DNA of 64,000 nucleotides from an uncultured Actinomycetota bacterium. Lineage in GTDB: Bacteria > Actinomycetota > Actinomycetes > Propionibacteriales > Nocardioidaceae. This document shows, piece by piece, positions 23,073-32,766 of this stretch (its first letter is position 1; the number at the start of each line of letters is the position of its first letter). The notes beneath the pieces are model-generated. The model saw only the letters and a program-made list of their open reading frames with translations, searched no databases and was not told the DNA's origin. The DNA lies in NCBI GenBank assembly GCA_963843825.1, contig CAWJLZ010000031.1:76679-140678 (forward strand), given 5' to 3'. The translations under genes and the position numbers were made by a program.

Positions 23073-24684
23073 CGAGCGTCCAGAGCGGGTCGAGCTTCAC
23101 GCCGCTGAGGTTCGCACTGCTCACCACGGTCTGCGCCGTCTGCATCAGCGGGACGTAGGGACTCGAGTCGTTGAGGTCGCGCTGGAGCTCCTGGGCCAGC
23201 TGGATCCGCTCGCTGTCGTCGACCGTCGAGTTGATCTGCTTGCCGAGGTCGGCCAGGTCCTGGTTGCCGGCGTCCACCGTCGACCAGCCGGCACGCACGG
23301 CGTCCGAGCTCGAACCCGGAACGAAGGAGGAGTAGTACGACGGGTCGAGGTAGTCCGGCAGGTTGTAGGTGACCGTCATCTCCATCTTCCCCTTGGCCCA
23401 CTCGGACAGGTAGTTCGACACCTGGAGGCCCTGGAGCTTGACCTTGACGCCCATCGCGACGAGGTCAGCCTGGACGCGCGCAGCCAGGGTCGCGAAGTCC
23501 AGGCCGTTGACGTTGATCCCGCTGGGGTAGCTCAGCGTCACGCTCGGGTCCGAGATGCCCGAGGCCGCGAGATCCTGCTTGGCCTTCGTCAGGTCCTGCG
23601 TGACGGCGTCCGACTCCGGGAGCGCTCCGGGAACGGTGCTCGGGATCAGGCCCGGAGCCTGGATGGCTCCGTCACCGGCGAGCTGGACCATGGCGTCGTA
23701 GTTGATGCCCTCGCGGATCGCCGACTGGAAGTCCGGGTTGGAGGACACCGACGACGCCGCGGGGTCCATGTTCAGCTGCAGCCGGAAGACCGCCGAGGAC
23801 GGGTCGGTCAGCACCGTGACGGCCTCGTTGGACTCCAACGTCTTGCTCTGCGTCGCGGACAGGTCGAGCGCCACCTCGTCGGACCCGCGTTGGACGTTGA
23901 GCAGCTGGGTCGCCGCCGTCATGTTGCGGATGACGACGCGAGCGAACTCCGGCGCGGTCCCCCAGTACTTGTCGTTGCGGACCAGGGTGATCGAGTCATC
24001 CGCCTGGTAGGAATCGAGCACGTACGGCCCGCTGCCGGCGGAGTTCGAGTTGAACCACGTGTCAGCCTTGTCCGTCTTGGGCGCGTCGGCAGCGTCGGTT
24101 CCGCCGGCCGCCTTGACCTGGGCCGAGTTGAGGATGACGAAGGCCGGGGTCGAGACCATGGCCGGGATCGCCGGCTTGGGGTCCTCGGACTCCAGCACCA
24201 CGGTGGTCGCGTCGGGCGCGGTCACGGTGAGGCCCTCCATGAGGTAGGAGCCACCGAGCTGCAGGTTCGCGAGCCGCTGGAACGAGAACACCACGTCGGC
24301 CGACGTCAGCGCGGCACCGTCGGAGAACGTGACGTCGTCGCGCAGCTTGAAGGTGTAGGTCCGAGCATCCTCGGACGCGTCGAACGAGTCGGCGACCGAC
24401 GGCTGCGGAGTGCTGTCGCTGGCCGTGGTCTTCAGCAGGGTGTCGTACATGCCTCGGGTCGCCACCGACAGGGTCGGCGTCAGCGCACGGGCCGGGTCGA
24501 AGGACGTCATCACGAACGAGGTGTCCACGACGAGGGTGCCGGCACCGTCGGACGAGCTGCCCCCGGAGTCGCTCGCCCCGGAGGAGCAGGCAGCGAGTGT
24601 CAGGGCTGTGGCCAGCCCGAGCGCGAGGAGCGCAGGGCTCTTCCGGCGACGGGCGAGGCGGCCTTGCCGGTGGAGGTCAGTCAC
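23047..24684 (-). CDS. Peptide/nickel-type ABC transporter substrate-binding lipoprotein (SBP family 5)
   Basis: LAAC lipobox; YTFKLRDDVTFSDG, GSGPY, LVRNDKYWG. Confidence 0.9.
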   Translation of the reverse strand: MTDLHRQGRLARRRKSPALLALGLATALTLAACSSGASDSGGSSSDGAGTLVVDTSFVMTSFDPARALTPTLSVATRGMYDTLLKTTASDSTPQPSVADSFDASEDARTYTFKLRDDVTFSDGAALTSADVVFSFQRLANLQLGGSYLMEGLTVTAPDATTVVLESEDPKPAIPAMVSTPAFVILNSAQVKAAGGTDAADAPKTDKADTWFNSNSAGSGPYVLDSYQADDSITLVRNDKYWGTAPEFARVVIRNMTAATQLLNVQRGSDEVALDLSATQSKTLESNEAVTVLTDPSSAVFRLQLNMDPAASSVSSNPDFQSAIREGINYDAMVQLAGDGAIQAPGLIPSTVPGALPESDAVTQDLTKAKQDLAASGISDPSVTLSYPSGINVNGLDFATLAARVQADLVAMGVKVKLQGLQVSNYLSEWAKGKMEMTVTYNLPDYLDPSYYSSFVPGSSSDAVRAGWSTVDAGNQDLADLGKQINSTVDDSERIQLAQELQRDLNDSSPYVPLMQTAQTVVSSANLSGVKLDPLWTLDVAAIGTN

Positions 24685-24781
24685 AGGAGGACTCCTTTGT
24701 TTGGCTGCCGCTCAGACCTCGAGGGGGAGGGTCCGGTGGCGCTGTCGTCCGGCTGACCCTACTGTCTTTGTATTGTCTTTG

Positions 24782-24795
24782 TGACTACCGTCAAG
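24782..24795 (-). promoter_or_regulatory. Candidate operator / -35 element, copy 1 (CTTGACGGTAGTCA)
   Basis: 12/14 identical to 28530-28543; lies in the divergent SBP/DUF885 intergenic region. Confidence 0.5.
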
Positions 24796-24853
24796 GATGT
24801 GAGATGGCAATGAAGTCATACCGTGACCTGTTCCGGTCGCGAGACGCCCGTGG

Positions 24854-26498
24854 ATGAAGGGGTCTGACGTGCGGGACCTGATCGAGGCCTTCTGGAGCTG
24901 GCGAGTCGGGCAGCAGCCCAGGACCAGTGACGATATCCCGCGGGTCGAGCGGCCTCCGGGCTGGACACCCGACTTCTCCGCGGCAGCCGTGGCGCGCTAC
25001 CGCGACGAGCTCACGGCCTTCGAGCGCCGGTGGGACGAGGTGCGGCCCGACGTCTCGGACCGCGCCGCAGGCGTCGATCACCGGCTGATCGGCTCGGCCC
25101 TCGCTCGGGTCCGGTGGGAGCTGGACGTGCTCCGGACCTGGCAGCGGGACCCCGCCTTCTACGTCGACCAGACCGTCGGCGTCGTGTTCGACCTGCTCAC
25201 CGTCCGGGCGCTGGACTCCGCCCGTCTTCACGACGTGCGAGCCGCGCTCGACGCGGTCCCCCGGGTCCTTGCCGAGGGCCGCACCAACCTGGCCGCCACC
25301 GGTTACCGCGAATTCGCCGAGCTGGCCGTCGCACAGCTCGGCAGCGTGGACGCCGACCTGGCAGCCACGGCACGGGCGCTGTCCCTGCTGGACATCGCGG
25401 GCTGGACGGACGCCGACCGGAAGGGCTTGGTCACGGCGGCCGGCACGGCGGGTCGAGCCCTGGTCGACTTCCGCTCGTGGCTGTCGCAGATCAGCCTGTC
25501 GCTGGAGCCCGCGAAGCCCGTGGGGCGAGACGCCTTCGAGTGGTTCCTGCACGCGGTCGCCCTGCTGCCCTACTCGGCGTCCGACCTCGCCGCCATCGGT
25601 CGCATGGAGGCGGATCGCGCGGTTTTCCTGGAGGTGCTCGAGCGACGCAGGAACGACAGCGCGGCCGGCGGAGCTCCGGAAGTGAGGTTCTCGGACGCCG
25701 CCGGGCAGTCCGCGGCCGAGGTCGAGGCCGAGACCCAGGTGCGCAGCTTCTACGTGCGCAAGGGATTGCTGAGCCAGCCCGACTACCTGCGGCCCTACCA
25801 CACCCACCTGATCCCGGATCACCTCGCGCCGATCGCGTGGGCTCGGCACCGCCGACGACCTCACCGGTCCGAGCCGGCTCGACCAGGACGGGGCGGCCTA
25901 CTTCCCGGCTCCCTCCACCGACCTTCCCTACTTCTACGCCGCCAACGCGCACGACCCTCGCGCCGGGATCATCCACGAAGGCGTGCACTACCAGCAGCTG
26001 ACGATGTCCTGGCGCCACCCACGGCCTGCCCGGCGCTGGTACTACGACTCCTGCCCCAACGAGGGGATCGCCTTCTACAACGAGGAGATGATGCTGGCCA
26101 CCGGGCTCTTCGACGACGACCCGCAGACGCGGGAGATCATCTGCAGCTTCATGCGCCTGCGGGCGCTGCGGGTGGTCGTCGACGTACGACTCGCGGTCGG
26201 TGAGCTCGACATCCCGGCGGCGGCCGCGTTCCTGGAGCGTGAGGTGCCGATGGACGCGGCCACCGCGGCGCACGAGGCGGCGTTCTTCGCCTCGACCCCG
26301 GGCCAGGCGATGACCTACCAGGTGGGCAAGACGCAGATCCTGCGGTTGCTCGCGGACGCCAAGGCGAGCGCAGGACCCGACTTCGACCTCCAGGCCTTCC
26401 ACGACCGGTTGTGGCTGGAGGGCAACGTGCCTCTCGCCCTGCAGCGCTGGGAGCTCCTCGACGACTCCAGCGAGCTGGACGCCCTCGACGTCCCATGA
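24854..26498 (+). CDS. DUF885 family protein (putative metallopeptidase; one frameshift near 25845)
   Basis: GIIHEGVH, EGIAFYNE, RALRVVVD and PGQAMTYQVG motifs; ends ...FHDRL...GNVPL. Confidence 0.75.
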
Positions 26499-26543
26499 CC
26501 TGCGCGAGCGGCCCGGCCCGGCCCGGCCGCCCGCGTCCCTGGC

Positions 26544-28489
26544 CTACGGCCGCAGGTGCTTGCCGAACCACTCCGTCAGGATCTGCGACCGCTGCAGACG
26601 GTGGACGGGGCTCCCGTTGCGCGTCAGGCTGTGTCCCTCGCCCGGGAACCGCACGAACTCCACGTCCCGTCCCAGCAGCTTGAGCGCCATGAACAGCTCC
26701 TCGGCCTGCCCGATCGTGCAGCGGTAGTCGTTCTCGGAGTGCACGATCGCCAGCGGCGCGGTGATGTCGGCGACCAACCGCAGCGGCGAGGCGAGCCCAG
26801 TAGGAGTCCGGGTCCTGCAGGTGGTCGGCGCCGAGGTAGGCCTCGAAGAACCACGGGCGCCTCGTCCTTGGTCCCGGCGTCGCTGAAGAGGTTGTAGGGC
26901 CCCCGCTCGGCCCAGCCGGCGCGGAACAGCTCCGTCTGCGCCAGGAGGTGCGTGGTGACCAGACCCCCGTAGGAGCCGCCCATCACGCCGACCCGCCCCG
27001 CGTCGAGCTCCACGACGTCGGCGACGGTGTGCTCCACCACGGCAGCGACGTCGGCGATGTCGACCGCCCCCCAGCCCCGGCCGGGGATCTCGGCGCGCGC
27101 CCCGTTGACGGCACGCATCCACGGGGTTCCGTAGCCGGCAGAGCCACGCGCATTCAGGAAGAGGACCGCGAACCCCTGCGCGGCCAGCAGCTGCACCTCG
27201 TGGGACCACTGGTAGCCGAGCTGCGACCCACCGCCCTGCAGCCACACGACGAGCGGCCAGGAGTCCCCCGCGGACGGGGGACGGACCAGCCAGGAGTCGA
27301 CCGTGACCCCCTCGTCCACCTCGACGGGGCGGTACTCGGCCTCCGCCAGGATGCGGCCGGCCGCGAGATCGGCGTTGGGCGCGTGGACCACGGTTGCCTC
27401 GTGGGCTCCGGTCAGCAGGCGGGGTGGCTCGACCGGGCCTGAGCGGACGTAGGCGATCGACTCGTCACGGACGTCGAAGGCGGTGATGCGGTAGTCGCCA
27501 CCGAGACGGGGGCGAGCCGCGCCCGTGCTCGCGTCGAGCTCCACCAGCTCGACGCGCCCGGAGCGGTCGACCAGCGTGACCACGGTGCCCGCACCGGTCC
27601 AGACGACGGCGTCGGCGTGGGTGTCGCGATCCAGGGACTCGGTCAGGAGCCGGCTCGCGCCGGTGGTCAGGTCCACCACCGCGAGCTGCAGCGCCTGCGG
27701 GTAGCGGACCACGTCGACGGAGCCGTACGACACCAGCCGGCCGTCCGGGGAGCACCTCGGCCAGGCGAACTCACCGTCGGTCCCGGTCAGCCGCTCGGGA
27801 GTCCCGGCCGCACCGTCGGCGTCCACCGCCATCCGGAAGACGTCGTTGATCGGCGAGCGGTCCCACCCGGGATGGCGCTGGGAGACGAAGAACACCGACG
27901 ACCCGGTCGGGTCCCAGCTGAACTGGCTGTCGTCGTGGGCGCCGTCGGAGAGCCGCCGGACCGGACCGCCGTCGAGCGGGACCAGGTAGGCCTGCCTGCG
28001 CGTGGTCACCGTCCAGCCGATGCCGTCCTCGCGGTAGCGCAGCGAGGTGATCCGCACGGGCGGCCGGCGGTCCTCAGGGGTCTCGGACCACTCCCGATCG
28101 ACGGGTTCGCGCACGACGAACAGCAGCCGGCTCGCGTCCGGGCTGACCACGAGCTCCTGCACGGCATCGGGGATGCCGGAGGCCACCGTGGCCCAGGCGC
28201 CCTCACCGGAGCCGACCTTGACCGCCCATCCCTCGGGCTCCCTCACGACGACCGCCAGGCGTCCGTCCGTGCCCACCCAGGCCGGCGAGGACGTCGCACC
28301 GGGAGCACCGGCCTCGATCGCCTCCAGGGGGCCGGAGAGCTCCCCGAGAAGCACGTCGGAGCGGTAGGTGTTGGTCTCGAGATCCATCCGGACCTGTACG
28401 GTCGCGACGCGTGACCCGTCCGGCGAGATGCGCACCTCGCCCAGGTCCGCGAAGAGGGCCAGATCGTCGTGGTCGATGGCTGTTCGCAT
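26544..28489 (-). CDS. S9 family peptidase (acylaminoacyl/dipeptidyl peptidase; frameshifted near 3' end)
   Basis: N-terminal WD40/PD40-like propeller; GGSYGG, HSENDYRC and FPGEGH triad motifs. Confidence 0.88.
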
Positions 28490-28529
28490 CGTCGTCCTTC
28501 ATCTCGGCGGCGCCTGTTTATGCTGCTAT

Positions 28530-28543
28530 CTTGACGATAGTAA
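28530..28543 (+). promoter_or_regulatory. Candidate operator / -35 element, copy 2 (CTTGACGATAGTAA)
   Basis: 12/14 identical to the reverse complement of 24782-24795; lies in the divergent S9/RidA intergenic region. Confidence 0.5.
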
Positions 28544-28580
28544 GAGATTTGCAATGAGACTACCGCTCTAGGGGCGACCC

Positions 28581-29009
28581 GTGAATCCAACCTCGGCGAC
28601 CAGCAGCCGGCCCGACCGCTTCACCGACGACGCGCTCTGGCAGGAGGAAGCCGGGTACTCCAGGGCGGCGCGCCGCGGTGAGGTCATCGCGGTCAGCGGG
28701 ACCACCGCGTCCGCACCGGACGGGCAGGCCGGTGCGCTCGGTGACACCGAGGCCCAGGCGGCCGACGCCCTCGCCCGCTGCCTGCGGGCGGTGCGGGCTC
28801 TGGGCGGCACCGTCGAGGACGTCGTGCGGACCCGGGTGTACCTGGCCCCGGAGGCCGACTGGCGCGGTGCGGCACGGGCTCATCGCGACACCTTCGCAGC
28901 GGTGGCCCCGGCGAACACGATGCTGCACGTGGCCGGCTTGATCGGCGACGGGCTGCTGGTCGAGGTCGAGATGGAAGCGGTCGTGCAGGACCGCGGGGCG
29001 TCGGCATGA
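28581..29009 (+). CDS. RidA/Rid family protein
   Basis: GYSRA, VSGTT, DVVRTRVY, PANTM, LVEVEMEA. Confidence 0.85.
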   Translation: MNPTSATSSRPDRFTDDALWQEEAGYSRAARRGEVIAVSGTTASAPDGQAGALGDTEAQAADALARCLRAVRALGGTVEDVVRTRVYLAPEADWRGAARAHRDTFAAVAPANTMLHVAGLIGDGLLVEVEMEAVVQDRGASA

Positions 29010-29989
29010 GCGACGCACTCCGCACCAGCCTGCGGCTCAACAACGACCTGCCCGTCACCGAGTTCGTGGACCTGTGCGTCACCGCCGAGGAGCTGGGCTT
29101 CGACCAGGTCTGGGTCTCCAACGACCTCTACCTCCGCTCCTCGGCGGTGATGCTCACCGCCGCCGCGGCGGCGACCTCCCGGGTGGGCCTGGGGGTCGGG
29201 ATCGTGAATCCCTACTCGATGGATCCGTCCGAGATCGCCATGATGGCCGCGACCCTGCAGGAGTACTCCGGTGGACGCTTCGCACTGGGCCTGGGTGCCG
29301 GTGCCGCCGAGTTCCTCGGGTGGGCCGGCATCACGCAGACCCGACCGCTGACGCGTACCCGCGAGGCGCTGCTGACCATCCGTACCTTGCTGCGCGGGGA
29401 GCACGACGGCGGGCCCGACTCGCTGGCCTACCTCAGGTTCGAGCCGCAGGACGTGCCGATCTACCTCGGCGCCATGAGCCCCAAGATGCTCGCCCTGACC
29501 GGGGAGCTCGCGGACGGGGCGCTGCCCCTGCTCTACCCGCCCGAGCACTACCCGGTGGCCGCCGCGCAGATCCTCGACGGCGCCGAGGCAGCCGGTCGGA
29601 CCGCCGACGAGATCGACCTCGCCGCCTGCATCTGGGTCTCGGTCGACGAGGACGGGGATGCCGCCCGCTGGGCGATGGCCGAGAAGATCGCGTACTACGG
29701 AGCGTCCTTCGCGCCGTACCTCCTGGAACGAGCCGGGCTCAGCCAGGCCGACTTCCACCCGGTGCAAGAGGCGCTGAGGGCGGACGGGGTCGACGCGGCC
29801 ACCCGTCTCGTCACCCCGCAGATGCTCCAGCTGGGCATCGCCGGAACCCCGGACGAGGTCGTGGCGCGCTGCGAGTCGCTGATGACTCTCGGTGTCCGGC
29901 ACCTGTCCTTCGGTCCACCCCTGGGCCCCGACCCCAGGGCTGCCGTCCACACTCTTGGTCGCACCGTGCTCGCGCGGCTGCGTGCCTGA
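29006..29989 (+). CDS. LLM class flavin/F420-dependent oxidoreductase (Mer-like)
   Basis: AEELGFDQVWVS, GVGIVNPY, SGGRFALGLG, PIYLGAMSPKML, GELADG, FGPPLGPD; ATGA overlap with RidA. Confidence 0.85.
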   Translation: MSDALRTSLRLNNDLPVTEFVDLCVTAEELGFDQVWVSNDLYLRSSAVMLTAAAAATSRVGLGVGIVNPYSMDPSEIAMMAATLQEYSGGRFALGLGAGAAEFLGWAGITQTRPLTRTREALLTIRTLLRGEHDGGPDSLAYLRFEPQDVPIYLGAMSPKMLALTGELADGALPLLYPPEHYPVAAAQILDGAEAAGRTADEIDLAACIWVSVDEDGDAARWAMAEKIAYYGASFAPYLLERAGLSQADFHPVQEALRADGVDAATRLVTPQMLQLGIAGTPDEVVARCESLMTLGVRHLSFGPPLGPDPRAAVHTLGRTVLARLRA

Positions 29990-30024
29990 CCGTCACGCAC
30001 CGAGATCGACAGCCGAGGTCCACC

Positions 30025-30876
30025 ATGCCACCCGAGGAGCTCGACGACTTCAACGTCCATCCGCACAGCGCGAGCTCGGCGCTCCGCACCTTCATCGGGG
30101 TCCACCTCCGGGCCGTCGGCGGCTGGATCGCGGTCGCCGACCTGGTCGAGCTCTGCTCGCACGGCCGCGACCCCGGCGGCACCCGCTCGGCACTCTCGCG
30201 ACTGAAGAGCAAGGGACTGGTCGAGCCCGAGGTGCGTGACGGGCAAGCCGGCTACCGGCTCGCGCCCTCGGCGATCCCCATGCTCGAGCGCGGTGACCGC
30301 CGCATCTTCGCCCACCGCGAGCTGCGACCCGACGAGGACGGCTGGATGGTGGTGGTGTTCTCCGTGCCCGACTCCGAACGCCACCTGCGTCACCAGCTGC
30401 GCCACCAGCTGACGTGGCTGGGCTGCGGCATGATCGCGCCCGGCACCTGGATCGGACCCGGTCACCTGTTCTCCGAGGCGGTCGACGTGCTCCGGCAGCG
30501 GGACCTGCACACCTACACGACGATCATGCGGGCCGTGGAGCTCCGACCTCCCGCGGACCTGACCGACGTCGTGGCCCAGTGGTGGGACCTCGGCGACCTG
30601 GAGGCCCGCTACCGCACCTTCCTGGCCGACCACGCCGAGACCGAACGGGCCTGGGACGGAACCGACCGGACGGCCTTCGAGGAGCATCTCCGCCTGGTCG
30701 ACGACTGGCGGGCCATCCCGTACCTCGACCCCGGGTTGCCGCCGGAGGTCACGCCCCCCGGCTGGCCCGGGCACCGCGGGATCGAGCTCTTCCTGCGTCT
30801 GCAGTCCGTGCTCGCGGGACCCGCCGCGCGACACGTGCGGACCGTCACGAGCCGCACGGCGCCGGGGCACGGCTGA
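30025..30876 (+). CDS. PaaX family transcriptional regulator
   Basis: RSALSRLKSKG wHTH, FSVPDSERHLRHQLR, WWDL, YLDPGLP...PPGWPG. Confidence 0.88.
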   Translation: MPPEELDDFNVHPHSASSALRTFIGVHLRAVGGWIAVADLVELCSHGRDPGGTRSALSRLKSKGLVEPEVRDGQAGYRLAPSAIPMLERGDRRIFAHRELRPDEDGWMVVVFSVPDSERHLRHQLRHQLTWLGCGMIAPGTWIGPGHLFSEAVDVLRQRDLHTYTTIMRAVELRPPADLTDVVAQWWDLGDLEARYRTFLADHAETERAWDGTDRTAFEEHLRLVDDWRAIPYLDPGLPPEVTPPGWPGHRGIELFLRLQSVLAGPAARHVRTVTSRTAPGHG

Positions 30877-30919
30877 ACGACGCACCCCTTGCGGGAGGAC
30901 ACCCGGAAGGAAATCATCG

Positions 30920-31195
30920 AGGATCTCGGAGAACATCCAGGACAGCGGTGTGTGGTGCGCCGTCGTCGGGTTCCTCGCCTACTGCCGCGGCGACACCGCC
31001 GTCGCCACCGACGTCCTCGACTCGATGTTCGCCCCCGGCGCCGAGCCGGATCTGCTCTTCGAATGGGCGTTCCTGGTCTGGCCGGTCGCGGTGCGCTGTG
31101 CCTTCGACCTCGGCGACCTCGACCTCACCCGCCGCCTCGACCAGGCCGGCCGCACCCACCCACCGGACCCGACCGCGTCGATCACCGTGGCGTGA
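30920..31195 (+). pseudogene. Probable gene remnant (helical/TPR-like fragment) or small hypothetical protein
   Basis: Protein-like frame SENIQDSGVWCAVVGFLAYCRGD...WPVAVRCAFDLGDL with no clear start or RBS. Confidence 0.3.
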
Positions 31196-31263
31196 AGGAC
31201 CTGCACCACCATGGGTGAGCGACTGTCCGGAGGCCGTACGGTCGCCGGCAGGAACACCCCGAG

Positions 31264-32766
31264 TCAGAAGCCCAGCAGCTTGCCGAGCGCCGAGAAGACG
31301 GCGTCGAACGTCCTGGCGATCGGGTTGCGCGGTCCACCAGCGCTGGACTTCTGCCAGAACAGCGGATCGATGCCGGTGAACTCGTCGTCGACGAGTGGGG
31401 TCCTGCCCCACAGGTAGGGCAGGAACACCTCGGTCCGCTCGACCCCCACGCTGAGGCGGGAGTCGAAGCCCATGACCAGGCTCTGCTCGATCCGGGTGGA
31501 CCTGCCTCCGGGGTCCGTCGCCACGACGTCGCCTCTCCCCTGGACGATCAGGCTGCCGGTGCCGGCGAACATGATGTAGCGCACCTGCCACGTCGCGAAG
31601 GACTGGATGCCCCACCGCCAGCGCGTCCTCAGCTCCGGCGCACCGATGACGCCCACGACGTGCTTGGGATGCATGACCACGCCTGGGTGGTCGGTGAAGT
31701 CGATGCGCATCAGGTAGGAGTCGGGATCATCGGGCGTCGCCAGCACGGCAGAGGTGACGTGGTCGTCGCCGGTGACCCGGCTCAGACCGTAAAGACCGGC
31801 TGCGAAGCTGATGAACGGCGCCGACCAGTCGTAGAGGACCTGGCTGCGCACCCTCCCCTGCACCGGACGCACGTGCTCCGAGCGCGCGGACAAGACCTCT
31901 CCGGCCTCGAGGTCGATGGTCAGGGTACGCCGGGCGACGGTGGCACGAAGATCGGCGGTCGCGCTCTCCGACCCTTCCGCCAGGTGGATACGTCTGTGCA
32001 TCCGGCTCACCACGGGCATCAGCACGAAGTAGCCGATGGTGCGGACCGCTGCCGGCATGAGCAGGACGAGCAGGGCGATGGCGACCAGCCACCGCCACGA
32101 CCGTGCCCACTGCTCGACGATCCATCCCGCCCACGAGTCCCCGTCCGCCCGCAGGCTCCGCTCCTCGGCCTGCTTCTGGCGCAGTTCCGACTCGGTGTTG
32201 TCGATCTCCCGGTCGACCGAGGACTGCTCGCCGCTCTGGTCGAGGCGGGCAAGCTTCTCCTCGCTCGTCAGCGCGGGGTCGGTGAGCAGCGCGACCTCGG
32301 CCTCCGCCTGGCCGAGGCTCGTCTCCAAGGTGTTCAGCGCCTCGTCCGCCCTCTCGACGGCCTGCTCCGCGGCGTCGCACGCGTTGCCCGGGAGCACCAG
32401 GGCACCCACCTTCTGCCAGAAGCCGCAGACGTCCTCCCGGCGATCGCGCAGACGCTGGATCTCGTCCTGCTTCGTCGCCACGTTGCGGCGTCCCGCATCG
32501 ACCTCGTCGACGACCGTCGCCGCCAGGGAGGCGACCGCCTCGCTCTGCGCCGCCTCCGCCGAGCGCTTGAGGGCCGCGAGGTCCGCCTCGAGCGCCGCTC
32601 GCTCCTCGGCCACCTGCTGCAGGCGGTCCCGGTCGGTCACGGCCTTCTGCAGCGTGGGGACCACGGCCTGGACCAGGAGATAGCAGAGGAACATCGACAC
32701 GACGACGGCCACGAGCAGTCCGATCTTCCGCAGCACGAACCCGAGGACAGCCGCGACGAGACGCAT
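31264..32766 (-). CDS. Membrane protein: N-terminal TM, long coiled coil, second TM, C-terminal AIM24-like domain
   Basis: Intact 500-aa ORF; two hydrophobic segments; E/Q/R/A-rich heptad region; LEAGEVLSAR and FAGTGSLIVQGRG beta motifs; TAGGCT -10 7 nt before ATG. Confidence 0.65.
   Translation of the reverse strand: MRLVAAVLGFVLRKIGLLVAVVVSMFLCYLLVQAVVPTLQKAVTDRDRLQQVAEERAALEADLAALKRSAEAAQSEAVASLAATVVDEVDAGRRNVATKQDEIQRLRDRREDVCGFWQKVGALVLPGNACDAAEQAVERADEALNTLETSLGQAEAEVALLTDPALTSEEKLARLDQSGEQSSVDREIDNTESELRQKQAEERSLRADGDSWAGWIVEQWARSWRWLVAIALLVLLMPAAVRTIGYFVLMPVVSRMHRRIHLAEGSESATADLRATVARRTLTIDLEAGEVLSARSEHVRPVQGRVRSQVLYDWSAPFISFAAGLYGLSRVTGDDHVTSAVLATPDDPDSYLMRIDFTDHPGVVMHPKHVVGVIGAPELRTRWRWGIQSFATWQVRYIMFAGTGSLIVQGRGDVVATDPGGRSTRIEQSLVMGFDSRLSVGVERTEVFLPYLWGRTPLVDDEFTGIDPLFWQKSSAGGPRNPIARTFDAVFSALGKLLGF

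Noticed and set aside
26510-26530. GCCCG tandem repeat (also the CCGGCTGATCC duplication near 48165-48186)
   Set aside because: Short low-complexity repeats between convergent genes with no further structure.
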